Shown here: positions 10,968 through 21,313 of the stretch, piece after piece
Layout of the letters: each line of letters opens with the position of its first letter
Position numbering within the stretch: the first letter of the stretch is position 1
Source: a virus
Lineage: Duplodnaviria > Heunggongvirae > Uroviricota > Caudoviricetes
Virus record (IMG/VR): IMGVR_UViG_3300025162_000019
Span: 10,826-74,825 of that record
Direction: 5' to 3' (one strand)
DNA: 64,000 bases
Notes under the pieces: model-generated
Databases searched by the model: none
What the model was told of the DNA's origin: nothing
Seen by the model: the letters and a program-made list of their open reading frames with translations, nothing else
Translations under genes and position numbers: made by a program

Positions 10968-12082
10968 TATCTTCCCACATCTTTCAAATAAATTGATTTT
11001 GCTGTTTCCCAATCCAATTCCAATAATCCATCATAAAACAATGAATCAAAATTAAAGCCATCTCTTTCTGTTAGATTAATCACTCTCTTACTTGCATACT
11101 GTTCTTTCCATAAGTTAGTCAATGCTTCTACAGAGTTATCAAATGCCTTTTCACCTAGTTCAGTATCCTTAAATGATAGAAACTCTTTAGTATTTTTATA
11201 AAGGCAACCAAAATATACACCCCTTGAAAAATTCGTTTCAGGTGGCTTAATCTTTAGTTTCTTATATCCTAATGCCACAACCTTTGGTTTAGGATGCGAC
11301 TTAGGTAACTGACCTCTAACTTGTGTATCAGCTACCAACTTATCATACTCACTCTGATAGTTTGCTTTAAGCCAATCTTTCATCTTATCAAATGTTTCAT
11401 TAGTAGGTTCAAGTATTACTTTACCTAATGTTGAACTACACTTTCTCCAATACTTCAATCTATTATATTGGCTAAACCCACCATATAAAGATGTAGTAGA
11501 AACACCGGCAAGAGGTTCTTTATACTTTCTGTTCCAAACATTTTCTACAGCATCAGAAAGAACTAACAATGACATAAGTTTTCCACCAACATAGTTATAC
11601 CCTAAAGGTTGTGTTGGAACAATCGTTGAGCCCATTGCTGTATAGTTCAAGCGACCTTTCTTTAACTTATCTTCTTGAGTCCATCCAATATACTTATCAC
11701 GGCCACCTAAAGCAATAAAGTCAGAACCTAAAGATATAATACCCATATACTGCCCAGTTACTTTATCTCTAACATAAAATCTTAAAAGTCTGCCTGGGCT
11801 CACATTCCAATGAGCAGAAGAACAAAACACTCTCAAGATATTCCAAATCTTGTTGTCTTTATCATTATCAACAAAAACAAGTTCTGGTTCAAGTTTAAGA
11901 TAATCATTAACTTCTTTAGGCATCCATAACTGATTACGGACTTCTCTAATCTTTATCTTATCAGTTTCTGTCCAATTTTTAGAATATATTTCTTCCCACT
12001 TTCTATAGAGTGTATATTCATTGGCATCCATCTTCGCAACATTTTTAATTTCATCTATAATCTCTTGTCTTTTATCATCCAT
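10967..12082 (-). CDS. DUF4338/DruA-like protein
   Basis: PGR.LRF.V.D..TG...G.I.LGSD, IVPTQPLGYNY.GGKL, TTSLYG..SQY. Confidence 0.7.
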   Translation of the reverse strand: MDDKRQEIIDEIKNVAKMDANEYTLYRKWEEIYSKNWTETDKIKIREVRNQLWMPKEVNDYLKLEPELVFVDNDKDNKIWNILRVFCSSAHWNVSPGRLLRFYVRDKVTGQYMGIISLGSDFIALGGRDKYIGWTQEDKLKKGRLNYTAMGSTIVPTQPLGYNYVGGKLMSLLVLSDAVENVWNRKYKEPLAGVSTTSLYGGFSQYNRLKYWRKCSSTLGKVILEPTNETFDKMKDWLKANYQSEYDKLVADTQVRGQLPKSHPKPKVVALGYKKLKIKPPETNFSRGVYFGCLYKNTKEFLSFKDTELGEKAFDNSVEALTNLWKEQYASKRVINLTERDGFNFDSLFYDGLLELDWETAKSIYLKDVGR

Positions 12083-12528
12083 TAATCTATAACCCTTCTC
12101 ATAGATACTACTTCTGCATTTACTTGATATTTACTACCCACTTTTCCAAAGCCAAAACCAGAAAGAGTTGCCAAATGCTGACAAGATAAAAGAACATTCA
12201 TATAAAAGATCATCATATATTCTCTTGTCATACCTTCAAGCTTTTTATCAAGGTAATCCCTAATATAATTTATTCTCTTTTTCATTGATGTTGTCTTTCT
12301 CTTATTTCTTTCCCAATCTAGTGTTTCTTCAACTAATGCGCATGCTTCTAATAACCAAGAAGCCATACCTTCTTTACCCATAAAATTCAATCTTTTCAAT
12401 GGTATCTCTAAAATATACCTTAATGTATCACTATACTCTACCTGACCCATAAATTTAGTATCAACAAATACTTCAACCTTTTCTATTGACATCTTACACT
12501 CCTTCACCAGTTGAGCCAAAGCCTCCAA
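12082..12528 (-). CDS. Hypothetical protein
   Basis: 148-aa ORF coupled to neighbours. Confidence 0.6.
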   Translation of the reverse strand: MEALAQLVKECKMSIEKVEVFVDTKFMGQVEYSDTLRYILEIPLKRLNFMGKEGMASWLLEACALVEETLDWERNKRKTTSMKKRINYIRDYLDKKLEGMTREYMMIFYMNVLLSCQHLATLSGFGFGKVGSKYQVNAEVVSMRRVID

Positions 12529-12931
12529 CCCCCCTATTAGTCAATTCAGTTATCGTACCTTTAAAAATTTCAACATCAGGTAGCTTACATATTACCATCT
12601 GTGCAATCTTTGTTCCCTTTACAAACTCTTTCTTTTCATTACATAGATTCATCAATGCCACCATAACATGACCACGATACTTTGAATCAATAGTTCCTAC
12701 ACCATTTACAACAATAACTTTAAACTTCGATGCGATACTTGATCTTGACCTAATCTGTGCTTCATAACCTTGTTTCAACTCAATAATAAATCCTAAATCT
12801 GCTACCACTACTTCGCCAGGCCATATGATTATATCATTTGGCAACACAAGGTCAAACCCCGCATCTTCTGGAAATGCTCGAAACGGCATCACAGCATTTT
12901 CATCAACTAGTTCTACTTTGAAGTGCATCAT
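12494..12931 (-). CDS. dut: Trimeric dUTPase
   Basis: AGFDL, RSRSS, GTIDSKYRG, IAQMV, RGVGGFGSTG. Confidence 0.95.
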   Translation of the reverse strand: MMHFKVELVDENAVMPFRAFPEDAGFDLVLPNDIIIWPGEVVVADLGFIIELKQGYEAQIRSRSSIASKFKVIVVNGVGTIDSKYRGHVMVALMNLCNEKKEFVKGTKIAQMVICKLPDVEIFKGTITELTNRGVGGFGSTGEGV

Positions 12932-12975
12932 TATTATCTCCTTTTATTTTTCATATGGATTATTATACCACAACT

Positions 12976-13866
12976 CTAACTAAAACACAAGTTATATTTT
13001 ATCATATTTAAACAACATAACTTATCATTATACCAATCGTTCTCTTGTATGATTAATAAATCTATTTTCTTTTGTACACATTGTTTCTTTTTTATTTCAT
13101 CATACCATTTTGCTTTATCACTAGAATGCCAGTATTCACCATTAAATTCTATTGCTTTTCTTACATCAGGTAGCCAAACATCCAGTTCTAAATTAAAACC
13201 TGTCCAATAATTTTTAACTTGCGTTCTGTCATTTTCTACAACATCACCAGAATAAATAGACTTTACATATTCAACTATTTCTTTTTCTGGCTTAGACCAT
13301 TTTAATACTGACGAGCATTCAGGACATCTATGACCTTGTTGAAAATCATTGAATCTTACATCATATATATGACCTTCAGGACATTGAAACTTAATTTTAA
13401 CTAAATTATTTATATACTCGTCAGATAACAATTTGTATTCAAAATTTTCTATATATTCTTTAATTCTTTTTATTGTATATCTTTTTTTACCTTGACATTC
13501 AGGGCATCTATGACCTTGTTGAAAATGATTATAACTCATTTCAAATATATGATTTTTAGAACATTGTATTTGTAATTTAGTTAAATTATTTATATATTCA
13601 GTAGATAATAATTTATATCCAAAACCTTCTATATAATTTTTAATATATTCTTTATCATTTTTTAGAATTAAACTTCGGATTTCATTAAAGCATTTTGGGC
13701 ATCTATGCCCACCTTGAAAATCATGATACCTCATTTCAAATATATGATTTTCAGGGCATAAAAATTTTAGCTTAGAATTTGTATTTTTATACTCATCTGA
13801 TAGTAATTTATATCCAAAATTTTCTATATGATGTTTAATAAAATTATAATGTAATTTTGCAGGCAT
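12976..13866 (-). CDS. Zn-ribbon-repeat / Vsr-like putative homing endonuclease
   Basis: Three C.xxH..FQxGHRCPxC repeats; C-terminus close to 7195..8265. Confidence 0.75.
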   Translation of the reverse strand: MPAKLHYNFIKHHIENFGYKLLSDEYKNTNSKLKFLCPENHIFEMRYHDFQGGHRCPKCFNEIRSLILKNDKEYIKNYIEGFGYKLLSTEYINNLTKLQIQCSKNHIFEMSYNHFQQGHRCPECQGKKRYTIKRIKEYIENFEYKLLSDEYINNLVKIKFQCPEGHIYDVRFNDFQQGHRCPECSSVLKWSKPEKEIVEYVKSIYSGDVVENDRTQVKNYWTGFNLELDVWLPDVRKAIEFNGEYWHSSDKAKWYDEIKKKQCVQKKIDLLIIQENDWYNDKLCCLNMIKYNLCFS

Positions 13867-13868
13867 TT

Positions 13869-15263
13869 TTATCTCCGTCTACTACCACTACTTCTTCTAC
13901 CAGTAGGCTGCTCTCTAACAACAACCTCTGCAAGGCTTCTATCACCTTCAGTAATTTTAGCATCATCAATCCACACATCTAATTCACTACTATCATAAAG
14001 TTTTAATGTTTTATTATCATTATATAGTTTGTTCGACTCACCAACTCTACCACCAAGACGATTTTTAACTATTTTATATTGTAATTCACTTGTATAAACA
14101 GCTCGCTCAGAATCCAATCCACCAATCGCCATAAAATCCACGGTTGCTGGTAAACTTAATGATTCAGCCGTATGTGTAAAATCAACAGCATCAAAATCAA
14201 CACTTGAGCCTTCCCTGTTTAACTGAGATACAGAAACCATTGGGCAAACAAACTCAAATGATAAACTCCTTAATTCTTCCGCTATATCTTTAATTTTTTC
14301 ATATAAGTTACTATCCTTACCCGAAATACCAGTTGACCTCATTAAATTAATATAATCTATATATACAATAGCAGGATTTATACCTCTCAAAGATAACTCC
14401 CTTAAAAACATTCTTAAATCATTTACCGTTGCCTTACCAGTAGGAAACTGTTTAATGATAAGATTTCCTCGTTTCTCTATGGCCTTTGTTTTTTCTAACG
14501 CTGACATCATCCTAGAGGTATAGTTATTTACAGTATATATTTTGTTTATATCCAACTTAGAATAGATAGCATCGAACCTTTGCGCAAAGGCATCTTCAGA
14601 CATTTCCATTGTAAATAATGCAACATCATGCCCTTTCAATACTTGTCTTGCCGCAAAATTGGCCAAAATAGAACTTTTACCAAAGTGTATTCTTCCTAGT
14701 ATTACAGAAAGTGTATATGGTGGAAAGCCCCCTGAAATATACTCATCAAAACAGGGAAAATATGTAGGAACCCTAACAGTAGATGATGTAAGCATCCTTT
14801 TCAATCGTTCACTTAGGTCATTAAAATAGTTCAAACCTAAATCAATCCTTATATCCTTACACAAGGCTTCTTCTACTAGTTTTCTTATTTTAATCAAGTC
14901 CTTACCATCTTTAATAATATCAACGGAAGATAGAATGGCACCTTTAATGGCCTTGTCTTTTAAGTATATATTTGTTTCGTCTAACAAATAATCATAATGA
15001 GTTGCTATATCAAAATCAAAAGCATTTACTTCATCAAAATATAACTTTGTTTCCTCATTATCCTCTGACGCTTTAATGATTATATCAGGTGAAGGAAGAT
15101 TATTATACTTTAATAGATAGTCTTTTGTAAGTTGGAAGATTTCAGATGCATTTTTATTCTCAAAATAATCAGGTACAAATGTTGCTGATACTATGGCTGA
15201 ATAGTTTTTATCCAACAACATTGCCTTTATGATATACTTCTCTACCGTTTGTGCATCCATCAA
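13869..15263 (-). CDS. 41: Replicative DnaB/gp41-like helicase
   Basis: Walker A GRIHFGKSS, FTMEMSE, IDYINLM, IAEELRSL, SQLNR, KNRLG. Confidence 0.9.
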   Translation of the reverse strand: MMDAQTVEKYIIKAMLLDKNYSAIVSATFVPDYFENKNASEIFQLTKDYLLKYNNLPSPDIIIKASEDNEETKLYFDEVNAFDFDIATHYDYLLDETNIYLKDKAIKGAILSSVDIIKDGKDLIKIRKLVEEALCKDIRIDLGLNYFNDLSERLKRMLTSSTVRVPTYFPCFDEYISGGFPPYTLSVILGRIHFGKSSILANFAARQVLKGHDVALFTMEMSEDAFAQRFDAIYSKLDINKIYTVNNYTSRMMSALEKTKAIEKRGNLIIKQFPTGKATVNDLRMFLRELSLRGINPAIVYIDYINLMRSTGISGKDSNLYEKIKDIAEELRSLSFEFVCPMVSVSQLNREGSSVDFDAVDFTHTAESLSLPATVDFMAIGGLDSERAVYTSELQYKIVKNRLGGRVGESNKLYNDNKTLKLYDSSELDVWIDDAKITEGDRSLAEVVVREQPTGRRSSGSRRR

Positions 15264-15387
15264 ATATATTTCTCCACTTTTTGTTTTTATTATACCCTAT
15301 TTCACTCAATTTGTAAATAAGGAGATTTACATTTAATATAAATAATGATACACTAAGAATAATAAAATAACTAAAAATAGGTGAAAA

Positions 15388-15903
15388 ATGGCAGATGATT
15401 TAAGGCATTATGAGGCGTCACGGATTAAAGATATAGATACACAAATCATTAACATATACAATGATTTTGGACTTACAACAGACCTATCAGCACAAGAATT
15501 TGAAGACGTAATAAAAAAATTAGAAGAAGATTATAAGATTAAGCCACTTGAACAAATAAATGAGTTTAACTTACAAGATAAACTAGCAAGTAATGCCTTT
15601 GAACAACTAAAATTTCAAGACTTTTACAACAAAGAAAAAAATACACTTGATATATTACTTCGCGTTAAAGATGTTATAGTAGGAAAGATGTTTGACTATT
15701 ACAAATTCAACTATGACAAAGCATTAAAAATGTCTGAAATAGAAAAGTATTATCTGCCAAAAGATAAACGAGTTATAGAAATTGATAATCTTATTCAAAA
15801 ACAAGGATGGAAAACAGAACATCTAAAAGCTCGTATCTCTGCATTAAGTACAGAGCATTGGCATCTTAAAGATTATTCATATGGCATCAAAGCAGGATAC
15901 TAA
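15388..15903 (+). CDS. uvsY: UvsY-like recombination mediator
   Basis: Size, helical composition, C-terminal HWHLK..IKAG, position directly upstream of uvsW. Confidence 0.55.
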   Translation: MADDLRHYEASRIKDIDTQIINIYNDFGLTTDLSAQEFEDVIKKLEEDYKIKPLEQINEFNLQDKLASNAFEQLKFQDFYNKEKNTLDILLRVKDVIVGKMFDYYKFNYDKALKMSEIEKYYLPKDKRVIEIDNLIQKQGWKTEHLKARISALSTEHWHLKDYSYGIKAGY

Positions 15904-16442
15904 TGAGCTATAGATCAAAATATTATTACTATTATCCTGACGATATTATACAACCAAAAGATGGTTGGTCTGAATCAAGAGAAGATGAAATAAGAAGGCG
16001 ATTATATAAGTTTGGGGTTAAAACATTTGTTTCAGCATCAGGTTATTTTAATCCCCTTCATATAGGGCATATAGAATACTTGAAACTGGCAAAACAATTA
16101 GGCGACTATCTAATAGTTATAATAAATAATGATATACAAGTTAAACTTAAAGGTAGTGTCCCTTTTATGTCTGAGGCTGATAGATTAAAAATAGTAGAAT
16201 CATTAAAAGCAGTTGATGAAGTATTCCTATCTATAGATACTGATTTAACAGTATGTAAATCACTTGAATACCTTAATAAAGAAGCAAATGTTACTATCTT
16301 TGCTAAAGGTGGTGATAGAATAATAAATAACATACCAGAAAAAGAAATATGTGAAAAGTTAGGTATAAAAATAATAGATGGCCTTGGTGATAAAATAAGA
16401 GCATCAAGCGAACTAATAGGAAAAAATGATAAAACTAATTAA
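15903..16442 (+). CDS. Cytidylyltransferase-like (HIGH family) nucleotidyltransferase
   Basis: SGYFNPLHIGH, LIVIINND, KGGDR, KIRASS. Confidence 0.85.
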   Translation: MSYRSKYYYYYPDDIIQPKDGWSESREDEIRRRLYKFGVKTFVSASGYFNPLHIGHIEYLKLAKQLGDYLIVIINNDIQVKLKGSVPFMSEADRLKIVESLKAVDEVFLSIDTDLTVCKSLEYLNKEANVTIFAKGGDRIINNIPEKEICEKLGIKIIDGLGDKIRASSELIGKNDKTN

Positions 16443-17877
16443 AAATGGTTTTGATATACGAATAGATACAGATGATTACACATACTTAAACGATGTGAGA
16501 AACTATTTTACAGACTATGTTGAGGGCTTTGCGTATATGCCTAAGTATCTTTCAGGCCAATGGTCTGGTAAGATATGCCTGTTTAAAACTTTCACAAGAG
16601 AGTTACCATATGGATTATTATCAGACCTTTTACGATTTCACAAAAAATATTATCCGCAACTTGAACTAGAAATTGATAAAGAAATCACAAATATGTTTAA
16701 GGGAAAAGAAATAAATATAAAATATGACTTGAATATACAGCCCCGTGATTATCAAATTTCTTGTATTGAAGCGGCACTTAAATACTCAACAGGTATTATT
16801 AAATCATCTGTTGGCTCTGGTAAGTCGGCTATTATTGCCTATATACTTAAAAATCTTTTAGATAATAATATATGTAAAAAAGCCGTTATAATAGTTCCAA
16901 CAATCTCGCTCGTAACCCAATTCCGTCAAGACCTGCAAGACTATGGATTTGAAGAATGTATGTTAGGCCAAGTCTATGCAAAAATAAAACAATTTGATAG
17001 AGAAATAGTTATATCTACCTGGCAAACTCTAAAAAATAACTATGATAAGTTAGAACTATTTGATGCTGTTATAATAGATGAAGTGCATAATTTGCGTGCT
17101 TTAGAAATCAGAACAATTTTAGAAAACTGTACTTCAGCTAGTTATAGACTTGGTTTCACAGGAACTTTACCTTCAAGTAAGTTAGACTTATGGAATATTA
17201 AGGCATACTTAGGTCATGTACTTAAAGAATATACAGCAAATGACTTAGCTGAAAGAGGTTATATAAGTAAATGTAATGTCCATGCTTTAGAAATAAACTA
17301 CATTAGAGAATATGAAGGTGAATATAATGATGTCAAAGATCAAATATTTACTAACCCATATAGACTAAATCTAATTAAAGAAATTTCACAGAAAGTTGAT
17401 AGTTCTGTTCTTATTCTTGTAGGTAAAGTAGAAAAAGAAGGTGAACTATTAAAAACTTATCTTGAGAATAGACTTAAAAATAAAGAGGTTGTGTTCATCT
17501 ATGGCAACACATCACCAGAAGATAGGGAGTATTGGCGTTTAGAATGTGATAAAAGAAATGACATCGTTTTGATTGCCACATATCCTTTACTATATCAGGG
17601 AGTAAATATACCTAGCCTTAAACATATCATACTAGCCGCACCATTTAAGAGTAAGATTAGGATACTACAATCAATAGGTAGATGTTTAAGAAAGCATACA
17701 AGTAAAATAAATGGTGCATATGTTTATGATATAGTTGATAATTGTTTGTTTTTAAAAGCTCATGCAGAAAAGAGATTGCGTTTTTACGAACAGGAAAATT
17801 TTAATGTGATTGAAAAATCTTATGATGAAATAGACTTAGATACTAACAATATAGAAGAACTATTTACCGCTGTTTAG
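16426..17877 (+). CDS. uvsW: UvsW-like SF2 helicase
   Basis: PRDYQ, GSGKS, STWQ, DEVH, GFTGT, QSIGR. Confidence 0.9.
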   Translation: MIKLIKNGFDIRIDTDDYTYLNDVRNYFTDYVEGFAYMPKYLSGQWSGKICLFKTFTRELPYGLLSDLLRFHKKYYPQLELEIDKEITNMFKGKEINIKYDLNIQPRDYQISCIEAALKYSTGIIKSSVGSGKSAIIAYILKNLLDNNICKKAVIIVPTISLVTQFRQDLQDYGFEECMLGQVYAKIKQFDREIVISTWQTLKNNYDKLELFDAVIIDEVHNLRALEIRTILENCTSASYRLGFTGTLPSSKLDLWNIKAYLGHVLKEYTANDLAERGYISKCNVHALEINYIREYEGEYNDVKDQIFTNPYRLNLIKEISQKVDSSVLILVGKVEKEGELLKTYLENRLKNKEVVFIYGNTSPEDREYWRLECDKRNDIVLIATYPLLYQGVNIPSLKHIILAAPFKSKIRILQSIGRCLRKHTSKINGAYVYDIVDNCLFLKAHAEKRLRFYEQENFNVIEKSYDEIDLDTNNIEELFTAV

Positions 17878-18714
17878 TATATCTTTTATATTGTGCCTTA
17901 CATTCATATTAATTAATAAACAAGGTTCACCTATCCATAACTCTCTTTCGCTAGGTAGGTTTATAGAACTTGTATATTTTAATAGTTTAATATCATTATT
18001 TGAAGGGTCTACCATATCCTCTATTCTTTTCAATAAATTATCGCCTTCTTTGAAATCATATTTTAAAAATTTCAAAATTTTTATTATATCTTCATCAATA
18101 ATAATTTTGTCATATTCATCAGCTTCTTCATTTTCACTTTTTGCATAATCTAAATATAAATGTTCATCAAAATAATCCATTTGATTTACTAATTTTTTAT
18201 AATCATCATCTTCAATCTTATTAAAATATAAAGATAATAAACTTTTAATTCTTTCTGTAAAATAATTCAAACTACCATAATAACCCTTAATTTTATTAAA
18301 AGAATGCCATATATCATCAGCAGAACAAACACCTATATTACTATTATCAGGTGGTAAAACAATATAAGTACCACTATCATTATACCCGCCAGCACCTATT
18401 ATACTAGATGAGCAAATAATGGACTTATTACGCTTAGGAAAATTTGACCAAGATGGTAAGTTACTGAGTAAAATGTTATATAAGTTTGTGTCTGCATATG
18501 GACTTCTTCTTTCATCACCTTTTGGGTCTGTATATAATAAAGCACCACCTTCACCGCCACGAATACCACGATAGATTAAATTATCATCATGGTTAGTAAA
18601 ACTATCTGTAAAAATCTTCTTAGCATTTTTATACTTAGAATCTAAAAGGCTTATAAACTTATCTTCTTTTATTTCAACACTTCTACCTTCAGTTAAATAA
18701 TTAAATAATCTCAT
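17860..18714 (-). CDS. Putative virion-packaged ADP-ribosyltransferase-like protein
   Basis: MRLFNYLTE N-terminus; IYRG..ICSSS..ERELW (R-S-E-like). Confidence 0.45.
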   Translation of the reverse strand: MRLFNYLTEGRSVEIKEDKFISLLDSKYKNAKKIFTDSFTNHDDNLIYRGIRGGEGGALLYTDPKGDERRSPYADTNLYNILLSNLPSWSNFPKRNKSIICSSSIIGAGGYNDSGTYIVLPPDNSNIGVCSADDIWHSFNKIKGYYGSLNYFTERIKSLLSLYFNKIEDDDYKKLVNQMDYFDEHLYLDYAKSENEEADEYDKIIIDEDIIKILKFLKYDFKEGDNLLKRIEDMVDPSNNDIKLLKYTSSINLPSERELWIGEPCLLINMNVRHNIKDILNSGK

Positions 18715-19160
18715 GCCTTTAACCACCAATCCTGTGTTAGATATTTTTTAAACATTTCAAAAATCTTACCAGTATTCTTTTGATATACATTCTTTGTCAT
18801 TTTATAAGTTGTATCATAATCATATACATAAAACTCATCTTTAATTATTCTACCTCTTATATTTTCTTCATAATAATCCCGTATATCAAAATCTATACCT
18901 AGTACTGACTTAAAATGCTCAAGTATAACTCTATGTGTAGCTTTAGTTAAATCTGTTGTTTGAAATGTGCCAATCTGCTTACCATCTAAAAATGTTTTTC
19001 CATTTGGTAAAGTATATACAAGACCTATTGATTTTGGATTGGTTAAATAAATCCACACTACAAGTTTATCACTATCAGTATTTGATTTACTAATAGACCT
19101 ACCTGCATATGAAGGGTCTTTAAACTTCCATTCTTCTAATAAGTAGTTAAGTAATCTCAT
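18711..19160 (-). CDS. Hypothetical putative virion-internal protein
   Basis: MRLLNYLLEE N-terminus shared with neighbours. Confidence 0.5.
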   Translation of the reverse strand: MRLLNYLLEEWKFKDPSYAGRSISKSNTDSDKLVVWIYLTNPKSIGLVYTLPNGKTFLDGKQIGTFQTTDLTKATHRVILEHFKSVLGIDFDIRDYYEENIRGRIIKDEFYVYDYDTTYKMTKNVYQKNTGKIFEMFKKYLTQDWWLKA

Positions 19161-20032
19161 TTAAATATACCAAAATAATTTCTTACACTTTTTATATAAG
19201 TCGTACCTGTATTTACTAAATAATAACCCTTACATTTAAACATGGCTTCTCTTTGATTATAATCTATTTGATTTTTTCTTATACATTGCTCTAAATTTGT
19301 GTTCTCATAAGTATTAATATCCAACTTATCGGTTAAATATTTATAAAATAGTTCTTCTTCATGATCTGTAAGCCATACATCATAATATATTTCTGGTTCC
19401 CATGTAAAACCAATCCAAACAGCATCTTTAAATTTAACTGAAAATATATCCCTGCCATTTTCTACCCAATTTTTTGTTTCTGTCCAATCAGATATTTTTG
19501 TTATATCATTTATAGTTTTATACTCACCATCATTATCACCTATCCAATGACCATTACCAGTTTTATACCCATACTCTTCTGACCATTCTGCCAAATGTTC
19601 ATTAGTAAAAAGATCAAAGTTTTCAACAACATCACTATATAAATCTTGTATCTTTTCAGACCAAAGATACTTATAGCCATTTACAGGAAAAAATAAATAT
19701 GCTTTTCCATATTCTTTTGCCATAACTTCACCAGAAGCAAAAACACCTTCAGACCTTGCACGCCAACCATATTTTTTCTTAAATATATCATCTATCATAT
19801 CATGGTATATTTGTGGTGTATCTTTAGGCTGTCTATCAGGTCTTGGTGTAATATAATCATACATTTTTATGGATTTTTTACTGCCCCTATATAAAAACCC
19901 ATTTGCTTTTTTATATACACTTATTATTTCAGAGCAATCATGTTCTAAAGTTTCAATCATTTCATTTACTAGTTTTTTTTCTTGTTCTATATCTTCAAGA
20001 GTTTCCTCAGTTAAATAATTAGTTAATCTCAT
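19157..20032 (-). CDS. Putative ART-like paralog
   Basis: MRLTNYLTEE; FLYRGS..GVFASG..REAMFKC. Confidence 0.45.
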   Translation of the reverse strand: MRLTNYLTEETLEDIEQEKKLVNEMIETLEHDCSEIISVYKKANGFLYRGSKKSIKMYDYITPRPDRQPKDTPQIYHDMIDDIFKKKYGWRARSEGVFASGEVMAKEYGKAYLFFPVNGYKYLWSEKIQDLYSDVVENFDLFTNEHLAEWSEEYGYKTGNGHWIGDNDGEYKTINDITKISDWTETKNWVENGRDIFSVKFKDAVWIGFTWEPEIYYDVWLTDHEEELFYKYLTDKLDINTYENTNLEQCIRKNQIDYNQREAMFKCKGYYLVNTGTTYIKSVRNYFGIFK

Positions 20033-20631
20033 TATATTAAACCTTTGCATAAAAATTCCCATTTTTTATTTACATATAAAAACTTCTTACAATTAAATAT
20101 GACTTCATGGCCAGACCTTATAGCGTCATCCAAATCTCTATCTTTATATTCAGTTACAATAAGTACCAGTTCATGTAATTTATCTAATTTTTCACTGCTA
20201 AGTTCCTCATCACTATCATTTATATCAGCAATAAAATCATTAAAATTTAAATCTTTTATTTCTGGGCTCCAAACAAATTTATAATTATTATCTAATGGAA
20301 AAAATAAATATGAATTTCCAAACTGAGTTGTATGACATTCATCACCCGTTGTAAATATACCATCCCTAACTTTCCAACCAAATTTTTTATTAAAAGCATT
20401 ATTAAACCATTTATATAACTTCATATTCATATAAGGTTCTCTACTTATATCATATCTATTTGAAATCATATAATCTTGTATCACTTTTTCACTTCCACGA
20501 TATAAAAACCCTTTAGCCTTTCTACATTCATCTAAAAACTTAGGACTAATCATATCATAAAGATGCTCTAAAAAGGCATCATCATTTGTTATATCTGTAT
20601 CTTCTAATAAATACTTACTTAAACGGGTCAT
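20032..20631 (-). CDS. Putative ART-like paralog
   Basis: MTRLSKYLLED; FLYRGS..GIFTTG..HEVIFNC. Confidence 0.45.
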   Translation of the reverse strand: MTRLSKYLLEDTDITNDDAFLEHLYDMISPKFLDECRKAKGFLYRGSEKVIQDYMISNRYDISREPYMNMKLYKWFNNAFNKKFGWKVRDGIFTTGDECHTTQFGNSYLFFPLDNNYKFVWSPEIKDLNFNDFIADINDSDEELSSEKLDKLHELVLIVTEYKDRDLDDAIRSGHEVIFNCKKFLYVNKKWEFLCKGLI

Positions 20632-21313
20632 GCTTACTCTCACTTTCTGGATGGTATATTAAATCTAGCATATACTTTTCAAAATCATCTGTCATAAATC
20701 TATTTACTATATAATACTTATCACACTTAAAAGATATTTCATGTTCTGATCTTACTGCCATTTTGAAGTCATCGCTCTGGTACATATTTTGTAAGTTTTT
20801 AATTAATGTTTCTATTTGCTCTTCTGTTAAATCTTGTATTGAATAAGCCACCTTTTCCTTTTCTGGTGCATAATAATAAAGAAAATCTAACTTACTTTTA
20901 TCAAACATATCATCATATAAATCTATAACAGTAGGACTCCAAACATATTCAAATTTACCAGCTGGAAAAAATATATAAGGCTCGCCATAAAAAGGTAATA
21001 TTTTAGATGAAGCAAAGACGCCATCCCTAACATTCCAACCAAAAACTGGATTGAAAATCTTATCATTCAAAAGATTGTGCATTACTTGACCCATATCTTT
21101 AGGTCGTCGGCCAGTTTCAAGGTTAGATGTTTTTAACTTATAAAAATTAGAGGAATCTTTAGAGCTTCTATAAAGTAACTTAAAAGCATTTGATTTTCTA
21201 AGTTGATTGATATAATAATCGCAATCCTTAAAAATGGTTTCAATAATACCTTCAACTTTCAACTGTAATCTATCAACTTCTTCACCTAATACTATATAGT
21301 TATCTAAGCGCAT
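20615..21313 (-). CDS. Putative ART-like paralog
   Basis: MRLDNYIVLGEE; LLYRSS..GVFASS..HEISFKC. Confidence 0.45.
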   Translation of the reverse strand: MRLDNYIVLGEEVDRLQLKVEGIIETIFKDCDYYINQLRKSNAFKLLYRSSKDSSNFYKLKTSNLETGRRPKDMGQVMHNLLNDKIFNPVFGWNVRDGVFASSKILPFYGEPYIFFPAGKFEYVWSPTVIDLYDDMFDKSKLDFLYYYAPEKEKVAYSIQDLTEEQIETLIKNLQNMYQSDDFKMAVRSEHEISFKCDKYYIVNRFMTDDFEKYMLDLIYHPESESKHDPFK

